Origin: a virus | Taxonomy: Duplodnaviria; Caudoviricetes | Virus record (IMG/VR): IMGVR_UViG_3300042198_000070 | Location: 1-24,664 of that record | Strand: one strand, 5' to 3' | DNA: 24,664 nucleotides | In this document: positions 1-8,018 of the stretch, piece after piece | Position numbering within the stretch: the first letter of the stretch is position 1 | Layout of the letters: each line of letters begins with the position of its first letter | Notes under the pieces: model-generated | Told to the model about the DNA's origin: nothing | Databases searched by the model: none | The model's input: the letters and a program-made list of their open reading frames with translations, nothing else | Made by a program: the position numbers and the translations under genes

Positions 1-1
1 C

Positions 2-2170
2 GAGTCAGGCCGCGAGTACCTTGTTGGCCTCCAGCGTCAGATGAAAGACGGCGCGATGGACAGCGATACGGCTATGGCTGATCTGGTGCGCCGCATCAAT
101 GAGGCTGAAGCTCGCCGCGACATCTCGCCTGACGAGGCAGCTCGTGCAGTTCGCAACGTCAACGAGCAGGTTGTGATGTCGGCAAGACTGAGCCCTGATG
201 GGTACGTCACGACTGTTGAAGCCCCGGGCGACAAGGATCGTCAGGTGGTGGTCAAGGTCAACGGCAAGCCGATCACGATGGAGTTCAATGGAAAATCTAT
301 GGACTTCTTCGATGCTATCACTGGCATGAATGTCACTCAGAACGGGCCGTTCATTGAGGCGGTGGCTGTCTGGAACCGACTGTTCAGCCAGATGGTCACG
401 ACGATGAACCCGGCTTGGGTACCGGTCAACATGATCCGAGACATTCAGACCGCCTTTGCCAACGCTGCGGCTGACCCTGATGTTGGCGCTGAGTTGGCTG
501 GCAAGATGTTCATGGAGTGGAAGCGTACCCACCGTATTGCCTTCCGTCATTTGGTGGCAGAGCAAGCTGACGCGAAGCAGGGATGGTGGGGTAACCGCAT
601 GAAAGCAGCTGCTCAGAAGAACCCGCTGTCGGATGCAGAGAAGAAGTGGATCGACGAGTTCTTTGAGGACGGTGCTGCCACCTACTTCATTGACAGGAAC
701 GGGCTAGAGCAGACGATCGACAAGCTTAACCGTCATTTGAACCCGGTGACCCTTGGCAAAATCGCCGGTAATGCGTTGGATGCCGGGGTCTGGACAACCA
801 TAAAGGATACTGGTGTCTGGACGACCGGCAAGTTCGAAGCGATTGCTGATCTGATGGAGCTGCTTGGCACACCGGCTGAAATCGCCCCGCGTCTGGCTGC
901 ATACAAGGTGCTGCGTGAGAACGGCTGGTCGCGTGAACGTGCTGCTCGCTACGCCAAGGAGCTGACGGTCAACTTCAACATGAAGGGCGCCTACAAGCCG
1001 CTGCGAGCCCTGTATGTGTTTGCCAACCCTGCGATTCAGGGCACGATGCGTATGTTCAAAGACGCCAAGGAAGGCAACTACAAACGCTTCGCCGCCGTGT
1101 CTGCTGGCTGGATCACGATGGGGATGTTGGCGAGTATGGTTGCCGACGCCTTCGGAGATGACGACGAGGAAGAACGCAAAGACGGTCTACGCGCCATCGA
1201 CAAGGTGCCTGACTACAAGCGAGCAACCTCCGTCACCTTCCTGCCGGATACCTACTTCGGTTCAATTCCTGTGGCCTATGGCTGGAACGTGTTCTCCACG
1301 ATGGGGCAATACGCCTACGACACGGCTATGGGGTACCGCAGCGCAGAGAGTTCCGCTGGCAAGGTTGTCAAGGCTGCATTCGATTCGTTTGCGCCGATTG
1401 GTTCTGGCGTGGAATCGAAGACCTTCTTGGGTCAAGCTGGTAAGACGCTGCTGCCTAGCCCTCTGGTTCCGTTGCTCGAGCTGGGCCTGAACGAGAACCG
1501 CTTTGGCGCACCGATTGCGAAGAGTGATGGGGACTTCTCGGCTATCCAAGAGTCGGACGCCTACAAGCACTTCGACAGCGTGAACCCGATCTCGAAGAGC
1601 CTGATGCACTTCTTGGCTGAGGCTACCTCTGGCGGTAAGAATCCGAGGTACAACGAGTCGTTGATCGATGTGAATCCTGCAACCGTGGATTATCTGATCA
1701 ACAGCTACCTGCCGGGTCTGATCTCTTCCCTCTATCAGGGAACAGGCAAGGCTCTGAACGCTGCTGCTGGCCGTGACACCAAGGATCAAGACATCCCGGT
1801 GTTGGGTAGGTTCAAGGCCAAGGTCGATGACGCCACCTTTGATAGTGGTGCTTACCGCCGTGTCAAAGAAGATGTAGACACTTTGTACAAAGAGTACATG
1901 TCAGGCCGAACCAGCACGGAGCGCAAGCAGGAGATCCTAAAAGATCACCCGGGTCTTGGTGGCCTGAAGGCTATGTTCGATGGGATGGAGCAGCAGATGA
2001 AGGGTATGAGCCGGATCATTGAGGCCAACTCTGACAATCCGCGCTACTCCGAAGAAGAGATCATCGAGATGCGCAACAAGTACGACAAGCTGAAGGAGGA
2101 GCACCGCAACCGGGCTGTGACTCAAGCCCTGCGTCGCGGTTTCCGAGATGCGGTCATTGACGATCGCTGA
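2..2170 (+). CDS. C-terminal part of a large polyvalent / virion (ejection-type) protein with an LPD38-like C-terminal region; 5'-truncated
   Basis: The frame is open from position 2 (ESGREYLVGLQRQM...). Motifs NMIRD, AKELTVNF..G, LYVFANPAIQG, IPVAYG and N.NRFGAPI resemble the LPD38-type ends of phage polyvalent proteins. It is the last gene of the rightward block. Confidence 0.7.
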   Translation, partial: ESGREYLVGLQRQMKDGAMDSDTAMADLVRRINEAEARRDISPDEAARAVRNVNEQVVMSARLSPDGYVTTVEAPGDKDRQVVVKVNGKPITMEFNGKSMDFFDAITGMNVTQNGPFIEAVAVWNRLFSQMVTTMNPAWVPVNMIRDIQTAFANAAADPDVGAELAGKMFMEWKRTHRIAFRHLVAEQADAKQGWWGNRMKAAAQKNPLSDAEKKWIDEFFEDGAATYFIDRNGLEQTIDKLNRHLNPVTLGKIAGNALDAGVWTTIKDTGVWTTGKFEAIADLMELLGTPAEIAPRLAAYKVLRENGWSRERAARYAKELTVNFNMKGAYKPLRALYVFANPAIQGTMRMFKDAKEGNYKRFAAVSAGWITMGMLASMVADAFGDDDEEERKDGLRAIDKVPDYKRATSVTFLPDTYFGSIPVAYGWNVFSTMGQYAYDTAMGYRSAESSAGKVVKAAFDSFAPIGSGVESKTFLGQAGKTLLPSPLVPLLELGLNENRFGAPIAKSDGDFSAIQESDAYKHFDSVNPISKSLMHFLAEATSGGKNPRYNESLIDVNPATVDYLINSYLPGLISSLYQGTGKALNAAAGRDTKDQDIPVLGRFKAKVDDATFDSGAYRRVKEDVDTLYKEYMSGRTSTERKQEILKDHPGLGGLKAMFDGMEQQMKGMSRIIEANSDNPRYSEEEIIEMRNKYDKLKEEHRNRAVTQALRRGFRDAVIDDR

Positions 2171-2627
2171 GCATTGCCTTCAGCCGTGAGAGGATCTCAA
2201 GCAGGGGCTTAGCCGGAACACGGGCGGTCCCTGCAATCGGCGTCCCATCTTCAGCCGCAAGATCTGCCTGATGCAGCATCTCATCAGCCATGATGTCTTT
2301 CATCGCTTTCTTTAGTGCGTCGAAGTGTAATCTTGGCGTAGCCGACAGCACCTGTTCGATACGGGTGTAGTAAGCCACCATCGCCATCAAATCGATGTAC
2401 TCCCTGCGAAGAGCGTGAATGTCCATCTGCATAGCACCCTCCTGAGCCAGCCTGCGCTCACCCTCCGCATACTCCCTCGCCTCTGTGTAGATGTCGTCTA
2501 CCGCGCCCATCTTTTCCCTTTCCTTTTTCTCATACTCTTCAAACAGTTTATCCCTCAACTCGTCCCTTTGCCGTTTGATGCAAACAGGTCTGTCGCAGTA
2601 GTAGCTGCAGCTATGAATATGCATCAC
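2154..2627 (-). CDS. hypothetical phage protein (N-terminal HSCSYYCDRPVC motif)
   Basis: 157-aa ORF with a 4-nt overlap with the upstream MazG-like gene; overlaps the end of the convergent gene by 17 nt. Confidence 0.65.
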   Translation of the reverse strand: MMHIHSCSYYCDRPVCIKRQRDELRDKLFEEYEKKEREKMGAVDDIYTEAREYAEGERRLAQEGAMQMDIHALRREYIDLMAMVAYYTRIEQVLSATPRLHFDALKKAMKDIMADEMLHQADLAAEDGTPIAGTARVPAKPLLEILSRLKAMLSDRQ

Positions 2628-2929
2628 TGGTCCTTAATGAATACCCCATCCTTAGTTAGATAACCTTTTCGATCCTTGATTTCATCAAAAGCAAGTTGAA
2701 GACATTCAGTAATACTGATATCCAAGATCGCACAGACATTGATCAAGCAGACCACAACATCCCCCACGCCATCCTTGATGAGCGCCATGTCCTTCTTGTT
2801 TACTCCGGACGCCAGCTCACCCATCTCTTCGAAAGCCTTCAGCAACTGGGTCTTGGCGTCGCTGTTTTGAATGATGCCCCGATCCTCAGACCATCGGAGA
2901 ATATTCAATTCAAGTTCGTTGTAGCTCAT
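2624..2929 (-). CDS. MazG-like nucleotide pyrophosphohydrolase
   Basis: W..DRGI...QLLKAFEEMGELA...IKDGVGDVVVCL...AFDEIKDRKG is the acidic EExxE/DxxxD MazG-like signature. Confidence 0.88.
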   Translation of the reverse strand: MSYNELELNILRWSEDRGIIQNSDAKTQLLKAFEEMGELASGVNKKDMALIKDGVGDVVVCLINVCAILDISITECLQLAFDEIKDRKGYLTKDGVFIKDQ

Positions 2930-3255
2930 TGTCCAAAATTCCTATTTGAGTAAAACGCCTCGACTTTGTCATAAGCGTCTAGGTAACTGTCGGTTTGGGG
3001 GTTTGGTGTTGGAGATGCGAGAAGGCGGTTCAAGTACCACTGGGCTTTCTCCAGCGACTGCACCCCGCCCTTGTGTCGCTCTCGCCATGTGTACTTGATG
3101 ATGTTGCCCTTCAAGAACCCTTTCAGTTCCTCCGGCGTCAAGGCTGCTTCGATTGCCTCGATGCACTCAATCTTGCCCGAGGTGTAGTGCTTCGGGTTGT
3201 TGACCTCGTCTGTGCTAACTGTGCTAATTCCCTGCTGAACGTACTCATCGCGCAT
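2926..3255 (-). CDS. DUF3310 family protein (T7 gp1.7 nucleotide-kinase-like)
   Basis: VNNPKHYTSGKIECIEAI...FLKGNIIKYTWR...KGGVQSLEKAQWYL. The start is placed at ATG 3255, downstream of a GGGAGA RBS. Confidence 0.88.
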   Translation of the reverse strand: MRDEYVQQGISTVSTDEVNNPKHYTSGKIECIEAIEAALTPEELKGFLKGNIIKYTWRERHKGGVQSLEKAQWYLNRLLASPTPNPQTDSYLDAYDKVEAFYSNRNFGQ

Positions 3256-3461
3256 GAGTAGATCTCCCTGTGCTAAATTTGTGCTAATCACTGTGCTATT
3301 CGTATGCTTTCTACTGCTCGCTAAGTTGCGTGTCCCCAGCGTAAGATGTTGAAAGATAACGACTTTTGTGTAGCACTAACTACCATTACTTTAGTTTCAG
3401 GGTGAGTAGGCCACCTTTACGAATCAAAGACTTACAAGCTACTGTGCTAAAACTGTGCTAA
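3210..3461. repeat. seven direct copies of (C/T)TGTGCTA(A/T); candidate integrase arm-type sites of attP
   Basis: Copies start at 3210, 3219, 3268, 3279, 3291, 3442 and 3453, next to the tRNA and integrase. Confidence 0.75.
3342..3434. promoter_or_regulatory. two IHF-consensus sites in the attP-like region
   Basis: AATCAAAGACTTA at 3422-3434 matches WATCAANNNNTTR exactly. The reverse complement of 3342-3354 (TTTCAACATCTTA) has one mismatch. Confidence 0.6.
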
Positions 3462-3468
3462 CCGTACC

Positions 3469-3544
3469 GCCGCTGTAGCTCAGCTGGTAGAGCAGGCGCT
3501 TCGTAAGCGTCAGGTCGTCCGTTCGAGTCGGACCAGCGGCACCA
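3469..3544 (+). tRNA. tRNA-Thr(CGT), complete; probable attP core
   Basis: 76-nt cloverleaf: acceptor GCCGCTG/CAGCGGC, anticodon loop TT-CGT-AA, T arm GTCCG-TTCGAGT-CGGAC, encoded CCA. It ends immediately beside the integrase stop codon. Confidence 0.95.
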
Positions 3545-4597
3545 TCAACCAACCGCTTTGAGTAGGTTATCACCCGCAAACACACCATCAATTGCTACAG
3601 CGTGTTTTGACAGGTGCTCAACACTCAGATGCGCATATCGCTCCACCATCCGAGCATCCTTCCAACCACCTAACTCTTTCAAGTCGGCCATCGGAACACC
3701 ACTCTCGCGCAACAGAGACGCCCACGTGTGACGCATGTCGTGCCATCGCAAGTTTTCCAAGCCAGCCTTTTGAAGCGCTTGCCCCCAAACCTTTGATGAA
3801 ATTTCGTTGAGAGGCTTCCCACCGTTGAGTGGAAACACCCACTCGGTTCCGTTGTCCTTGTGGCGAAGAATGATGTCTATCGCCATTTGATTCAACGGGA
3901 TCACAAGCGTCTCACCGTTTTTCATCTGCACTCCGTCCACCCGCAACAAACGGTGGCCGATGTCGATCTGATCCCAGCGCATCCTCAGCACATTTCTGCG
4001 GCGCAGTCCTGTAGCAACTGCCATGTAAAGCAAATCGGCGTACCCCTCAGGTAGCGACTTCGCCAGCCTGACTACTTCCTCAGGTTGGAGACGACGCATC
4101 CGTTCGGTCTGGCCGGGGATGAAACGAAACATCGGCGCTTCACCATCGATCCAGCGATACTCCTTGTACGCGGCACGTATAACAGCTCGCAATAAAGCAA
4201 TCTTGCGATTGACATCTGCTGCGCTACGTTTACCGCCACCTCGAAGCTTGGGTCGATTGAATTCTGCAGTGCGAATTTCGCGCACAACATCAGGTGTGAT
4301 CTGATCTATGTACACGACATTGCGTTTAGCAAACTCACCATCCCACCAGACCTTGTGATCCTCGTAGGATCCGATGCTTCTCAGGTGCTGGCGATCTTCG
4401 AGGTACCGCCCAACTGCTTCTTTCCAAGTCTTGCGAGGTTTTTCGTTCAACCGTTCTTGCTTGAACGACTTGGCATACTCTTCAGCCAAGTAAATTTTGG
4501 CAAGCTTCTCGTTGCTGGTGCGGGAAGAAACTCTTACCTGCTGACCGTCAACGCTCCACCTGCCCCACCAAATGCTCCCACGCTGGAAGTACTTCAT
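3545..4597 (-). CDS. int: tyrosine integrase
   Basis: Catalytic motifs TGLRR, WHDMRHTWAS, LGGW and RYAHL; N-terminal beta-rich arm-binding-like segment. Start ATG 4597 follows a GGAGGGG RBS. Confidence 0.95.
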   Translation of the reverse strand: MKYFQRGSIWWGRWSVDGQQVRVSSRTSNEKLAKIYLAEEYAKSFKQERLNEKPRKTWKEAVGRYLEDRQHLRSIGSYEDHKVWWDGEFAKRNVVYIDQITPDVVREIRTAEFNRPKLRGGGKRSAADVNRKIALLRAVIRAAYKEYRWIDGEAPMFRFIPGQTERMRRLQPEEVVRLAKSLPEGYADLLYMAVATGLRRRNVLRMRWDQIDIGHRLLRVDGVQMKNGETLVIPLNQMAIDIILRHKDNGTEWVFPLNGGKPLNEISSKVWGQALQKAGLENLRWHDMRHTWASLLRESGVPMADLKELGGWKDARMVERYAHLSVEHLSKHAVAIDGVFAGDNLLKAVG

Positions 4598-4628
4598 AAA
4601 CCCCTCCAAGCCGGGGACACGCCTGCGC

Positions 4629-4668
4629 ATTGTATAAGCACACTGATATAGTTGGCAAGCACTGATAT
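4629..4668 (-). promoter_or_regulatory. putative integrase promoter with two ATATCAGT boxes
   Basis: On the minus strand TTGCCA is followed by TACAAT (18-bp spacer) or TATACA (16-bp spacer). ACTGATAT occurs at 4642-4649 and 4661-4668. Confidence 0.55.
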
Positions 4669-4916
4669 CACTTTGCGAGCTTGTGCCACTTAGGCCAGCT
4701 TACCTTGCCCATCAACAGAGCCTCAACGTAGTTGGCCGACTCACGCGCTGTGTCATCCCCAAGTTCTCTTCTCCACTTTTGATATAGGTCTTTCCTAGCC
4801 TTCTTGTTCCGCAGCTTTGACCCCTCCTCAATACGAGCGATAAAGCGCTGCTGACATTCGGCTATTTGTTGCGCCCACAAAATCTCCTGCGGGTCTTCAA
4901 ATAAGTCACTTCCCAT
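4668..4916 (-). CDS. hypothetical protein
   Basis: 82-aa ORF in a tightly packed leftward operon. Confidence 0.7.
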   Translation of the reverse strand: MGSDLFEDPQEILWAQQIAECQQRFIARIEEGSKLRNKKARKDLYQKWRRELGDDTARESANYVEALLMGKVSWPKWHKLAK

Positions 4917-5130
4917 CGTCCGTGAAGCGTTGCCGTAACTCTGAAAGCTCCTTAGCCATCACATCAACTTGATGCCGAAGCGCCCTGATCTGAAGGTCTC
5001 TATCATTGAGCTTGTCAAGTAGACTTGCCGCCGTGCGGATTAGAGTTGCCTCAGTCAGGTCGCGGCTTTGCGCAGCGAGCATTGCCTGAACCGAGGCATC
5101 CATCCGGTTTGCTAGTTCTTGCATGTCCAT
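4906..5130 (-). CDS. hypothetical coiled-coil protein
   Basis: 74-aa ORF with a GGAG RBS; overlaps its neighbours. Confidence 0.7.
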   Translation of the reverse strand: MDMQELANRMDASVQAMLAAQSRDLTEATLIRTAASLLDKLNDRDLQIRALRHQVDVMAKELSELRQRFTDDGK

Positions 5131-5513
5131 TCGTTCTTCTCCTTCAGCTTGGCTTCGATGGCGCGGGCAAACACAAACGGACTAATGCCGTGTTTGTTGA
5201 ACACCGGAATGATGTGGTTGTCCCACATCGTTTTAATTTCCTCATCCGTCAGCCCTTGCCATTCGCGCTGCGGTGGGGCGGTGTAGAGAAACTTCTGGTC
5301 TAGGTCAACGGGATTGACCCCTTCCGTCCAGATAACGTGTGCGTGATAATCTTCAGCTACTTGTACTTGCGCCACCGGTTCCGGTTCAGGCTGCGCTGGT
5401 CGGGCGCGTAGGTCTTCACCCCAAACACCAACCTCCCCGACTTTGGCTAAGTCTGGCTGCGGCAACCCTCCCGGCCTGTATGCTGTATCGTCTCCAGTCC
5501 ATTCCTCGCTCAT
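5112..5513 (-). CDS. hypothetical phage protein (LYTAPPQREWQGLTDEEI module common in proteobacterial phage early proteins)
   Basis: 133-aa ORF, ATGA-coupled to the upstream gene. Confidence 0.75.
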   Translation of the reverse strand: MSEEWTGDDTAYRPGGLPQPDLAKVGEVGVWGEDLRARPAQPEPEPVAQVQVAEDYHAHVIWTEGVNPVDLDQKFLYTAPPQREWQGLTDEEIKTMWDNHIIPVFNKHGISPFVFARAIEAKLKEKNEWTCKN

Positions 5514-5839
5514 GTAAAGTCTCCAATCCCCAACTCTTTTGCTATGTCATGAATCTCGTATTCGACTGACCCGACCTCATAGTCATCATCATCAAGTCGT
5601 CTGACTCTTTTCTCTTTGACTACCTTCACCGGCTTGGGCGCCGCAACCTTCTTTGGTTTTGGTGGCGCCTTGGGTTTTGGCTGTCTCTCGTCTAGTGGAC
5701 GAGCAGTGTCCAGTACCTCAATAGTTGCGTATCGGTAGCCGCAACTCCGGCACTTGCGCTTACGACGAAACTCTCCCTCGATCGATAGGCGAGAGTCATA
5801 AACGTCGGTCTTCGCCTCACACTTTGGACAGTTCTGCAT
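5510..5839 (-). CDS. NrdR N-terminal-like zinc-ribbon protein lacking the ATP cone
   Basis: MQNCPKC...TDVYDSR...RRKRKCRSCGYRYATIE parallels NrdR MxCPxC...VxDSR...RRRRxCxxCxxRFTTxE, followed by a K/P-rich linker and an acidic tail. Start moved to ATG 5839. Confidence 0.8.
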   Translation of the reverse strand: MQNCPKCEAKTDVYDSRLSIEGEFRRKRKCRSCGYRYATIEVLDTARPLDERQPKPKAPPKPKKVAAPKPVKVVKEKRVRRLDDDDYEVGSVEYEIHDIAKELGIGDFT

Positions 5840-5840
5840 C

Positions 5841-6092
5841 TCACTGAATAGTTGCTCGTAGATTTGCGTCTGGCGCTTTTCTATACGCATCCATTGCCAT
5901 CTGAGATACGATCATCATTGCGCCTTTAGCTTGGTCTTCTGAGGCGCCGGACAAGTGCAGTGTCAAACCACCCATCAATCCAATAGCCCTCAACCAAACA
6001 TCGCTAGTGATCTCTGGCTGAGCAACACTCATTGCTATCCATTCACGAATAATTTCCTCAACTAACTGTTGATTTTCAAGCTGCTGAGCCAT
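5841..6092 (-). CDS. hypothetical protein
   Basis: 83-aa ORF with a GGGGAG RBS. Confidence 0.7.
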   Translation of the reverse strand: MAQQLENQQLVEEIIREWIAMSVAQPEITSDVWLRAIGLMGGLTLHLSGASEDQAKGAMMIVSQMAMDAYRKAPDANLRATIQ

Positions 6093-6273
6093 GCGTCTCC
6101 CCTTTGTATTGAGTTCTTAGGTAGGTATCGATGTCTTCTTTTTTGAATCGATATGCTCTTCCAATTTTTGCCGCAGGGAGCGCGCCGTTCTTCGCCAACC
6201 TGCGCACGGTAAACGTGGACAGACCAACATAGTCAGCAGCCTCTTCAACGTCCATTAACTTTTGAAATTCCAT
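6076..6273 (-). CDS. excisionase-like winged-helix DNA-binding protein (HTH_17)
   Basis: LMDVEEAADYVGLSTFTVRRLAKNGALPAAKIGRAYRFKKEDID. Confidence 0.88.
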   Translation of the reverse strand: MEFQKLMDVEEAADYVGLSTFTVRRLAKNGALPAAKIGRAYRFKKEDIDTYLRTQYKGETHGSAA

Positions 6274-6485
6274 TCAACCTCCTCGCCAAACTTAAGTAAA
6301 AATTTATTGCTGAACTCCACTTTCCTAGCGTCGTGCAGCTGTTCTTTTGTCATCCCCACGTATGAATCACATTCTGGCAAGTCATACATACATTTGTAGG
6401 TGCCCCGTCCAGTTTCTTCAACAACCCTAATCACTTTCCCAGAGGGCAGCTTCAGAGACTTCCCGACTAGACTGGTACTGTTCAC
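6255..6485 (-). CDS. hypothetical protein (start uncertain; GTG near 6485 preferred over ATG 6578)
   Basis: Fills the gap between the nuclease and the xis-like gene; the longer version overlaps the nuclease by 152 nt. Confidence 0.5.
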   Translation of the reverse strand: MNSTSLVGKSLKLPSGKVIRVVEETGRGTYKCMYDLPECDSYVGMTKEQLHDARKVEFSNKFLLKFGEEVEWNFKS

Positions 6486-7290
6486 AGAACTCTGAGACTT
6501 CGCAGTACTCTTCACATCGTCTGTAGCCTCCGCGTCTCTCTTCAATAATTGTGCTGTCAGTGAGTGCGGATTCAGCATCTTCCTTCCTTTCGAATATCTT
6601 GATTGCTCGCTTACCTCCCGGCTTCATTAGCGCGTAGGTAGTGCCTGCGTACCAGCGCTCTTCATCAGTGCAGACAATATGTGTGCCACCTGCTTCTGCT
6701 GCCTGATGTAAGCTAATACGAGTTCTTATGTACTGATACGTCTCGTCAAGCGGCCACACCGGAATATCAATGGTGGCTACCGGTTTTTGTGGATAGTCTT
6801 GCTTGCGCTTTGCGTCAGACTTGCGCCAATCCCTCAGGATCGCAATGATCCTAAGACGCTCCACCTTGTAACCGTTCTGGATTGCCAACCAACGCAGCAC
6901 ATTGAGTTGGCGCTCCCACTCCTTCATGTCAGACATCATCACCTTGTACACACTCGTGCACTTGTAGTCGTCTAATGTCTCGTTACGCAAATCCATGCGA
7001 TCGAACTGACCAGACAACGACCAACCATCTACGTCAGAGTAGAGACGTTCTTCGACAATGTCGGACTTGTTGGCTCGCTCGAGGATGGTATGCACCGCCT
7101 GACCAAGCAAAGACCAGATGCGTTCGCTGACATCCTCTACTACCGATGCGCCAAATTTCTTGAGCAGGACACGACGGTGTGCCGAGTCGATCAGCTTGGT
7201 GACGGAGATGTCCCCGCCGCCCGTGTAAGGATCATTCCTTACCGCATCGACCAGCGCCTGAGGTAGGTCATACAGATTTGTTAGATTCAT
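6427..7290 (-). CDS. PD-(D/E)XK exonuclease (Cas4/RecB-like recombination nuclease)
   Basis: LLGQAVHTILE, EERL, SGQFD, DYK, WERQLN and a C-terminal Cys cluster RCEEYCEVSEFC; lies next to ERF and SSB-like genes. Confidence 0.85.
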   Translation of the reverse strand: MNLTNLYDLPQALVDAVRNDPYTGGGDISVTKLIDSAHRRVLLKKFGASVVEDVSERIWSLLGQAVHTILERANKSDIVEERLYSDVDGWSLSGQFDRMDLRNETLDDYKCTSVYKVMMSDMKEWERQLNVLRWLAIQNGYKVERLRIIAILRDWRKSDAKRKQDYPQKPVATIDIPVWPLDETYQYIRTRISLHQAAEAGGTHIVCTDEERWYAGTTYALMKPGGKRAIKIFERKEDAESALTDSTIIEERRGGYRRCEEYCEVSEFCEQYQSSREVSEAALWESD

Positions 7291-7447
7291 TGCTTTGTTT
7301 TTTTTCTATATTCAACAATTGATGAAGGATGAATTGAGCTTCGACTAGGCGATGCTGGCTGCTAAAGCTTCTTTCAATAGGCGTAAGCCGAATTAGTTCG
7401 TCAAGATATTTGACTCGCTCTTCTAAAAGCTGAATTGCTTCTTTCAT
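7268..7447 (-). CDS. 59-aa hypothetical protein (MKEAIQLLEERVKYLDELIRL...), below the ORF-track cutoff
   Basis: Translated by hand; GGGAG RBS; overlaps the nuclease start. Confidence 0.6.
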   Translation of the reverse strand: MKEAIQLLEERVKYLDELIRLTPIERSFSSQHRLVEAQFILHQLLNIEKKQSNESNKSV

Positions 7448-7463
7448 TTCTTCTCCCTTCCAC

Positions 7464-7732
7464 CAACACGACTGAGGACTCAGTTACGGTTGCGATCCGT
7501 ACAGAGCGCCGGGATGAAGGACAGATAACGTGTTGCTGCAGCAAGTGACGTTAGAGCTTTCCACTGACCGGCCTCATCCTGCCCAAATCCTCATGCGTGT
7601 TGATGCTGTCTCTCCAGCTGTCACGCCGATGCAGATTGCCCTGACGTTATGGGTTCAAAACCCCGGTTGCCCGAGGGAAAGGAGTCTTTCCCCGCCTCTG
7701 CAATACGCCTCGGGTCGGCGGGGGCATCTGCA
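7464..7732 (-). ncRNA. candidate structured RNA(s): two closed multibranch domains
   Basis: Domain 7464-7602 is closed by CAACACG..TGAGGA/TCCTCA..CGTGTTG. Domain 7630-7732 is closed by TGCAGAT(T)GCCC/GGGCATCTGCA. Both contain nested stems. Confidence 0.55.
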
Positions 7733-7760
7733 ATACCTATGACCCCCGAGGCCAGCGATC

Positions 7761-8018
7761 TCACCAGTCAACCAAATTGTTGTTCGGCTCAAAGGGCGGG
7801 TCGTCATTACGCTTGGATGCGCGTGGCCGATCACCGTTACCAGTGTCCTCATCGAGGGAGCCTCGCAAATACTTCGTGCCAGCTTTGGATGTTGCTTCCC
7901 ACAGACCGCCGCGCCACTTGGTTCCGTCCGCCATCTCTATGACGACGTTGAACTGTGGTGCCTTCGCGTTCTGGTTTGGCTTGGCTTTGAATACTGAGAT
8001 GTTGTTGTATTGCTTCAT
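7761..8018 (-). CDS. small ssDNA-binding protein-like (DUF736-like)
   Basis: KAPQF...GGLW...SKAGTKYLRGSL with an acidic DDPPF-type tail; coupled to ERF. Confidence 0.6.
   Translation of the reverse strand: MKQYNNISVFKAKPNQNAKAPQFNVVIEMADGTKWRGGLWEATSKAGTKYLRGSLDEDTGNGDRPRASKRNDDPPFEPNNNLVDW

Noticed and set aside
5-1789. Minus-strand ORFs of 186 and 175 aa
   Set aside because: Antisense shadows of the large + strand gene.
3301-3544. Prophage boundary (attL/attR) with host DNA on the left
   Set aside because: Genes left of the tRNA are phage-type (DUF3310, MazG-like, polyvalent protein), so this is better read as attP.
7470-7520. Hammerhead ribozyme (CTGAGGA followed by a hairpin)
   Set aside because: No GAAA follows stem II. 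The CTGATGA near 20295 also lacks the rest of the core.
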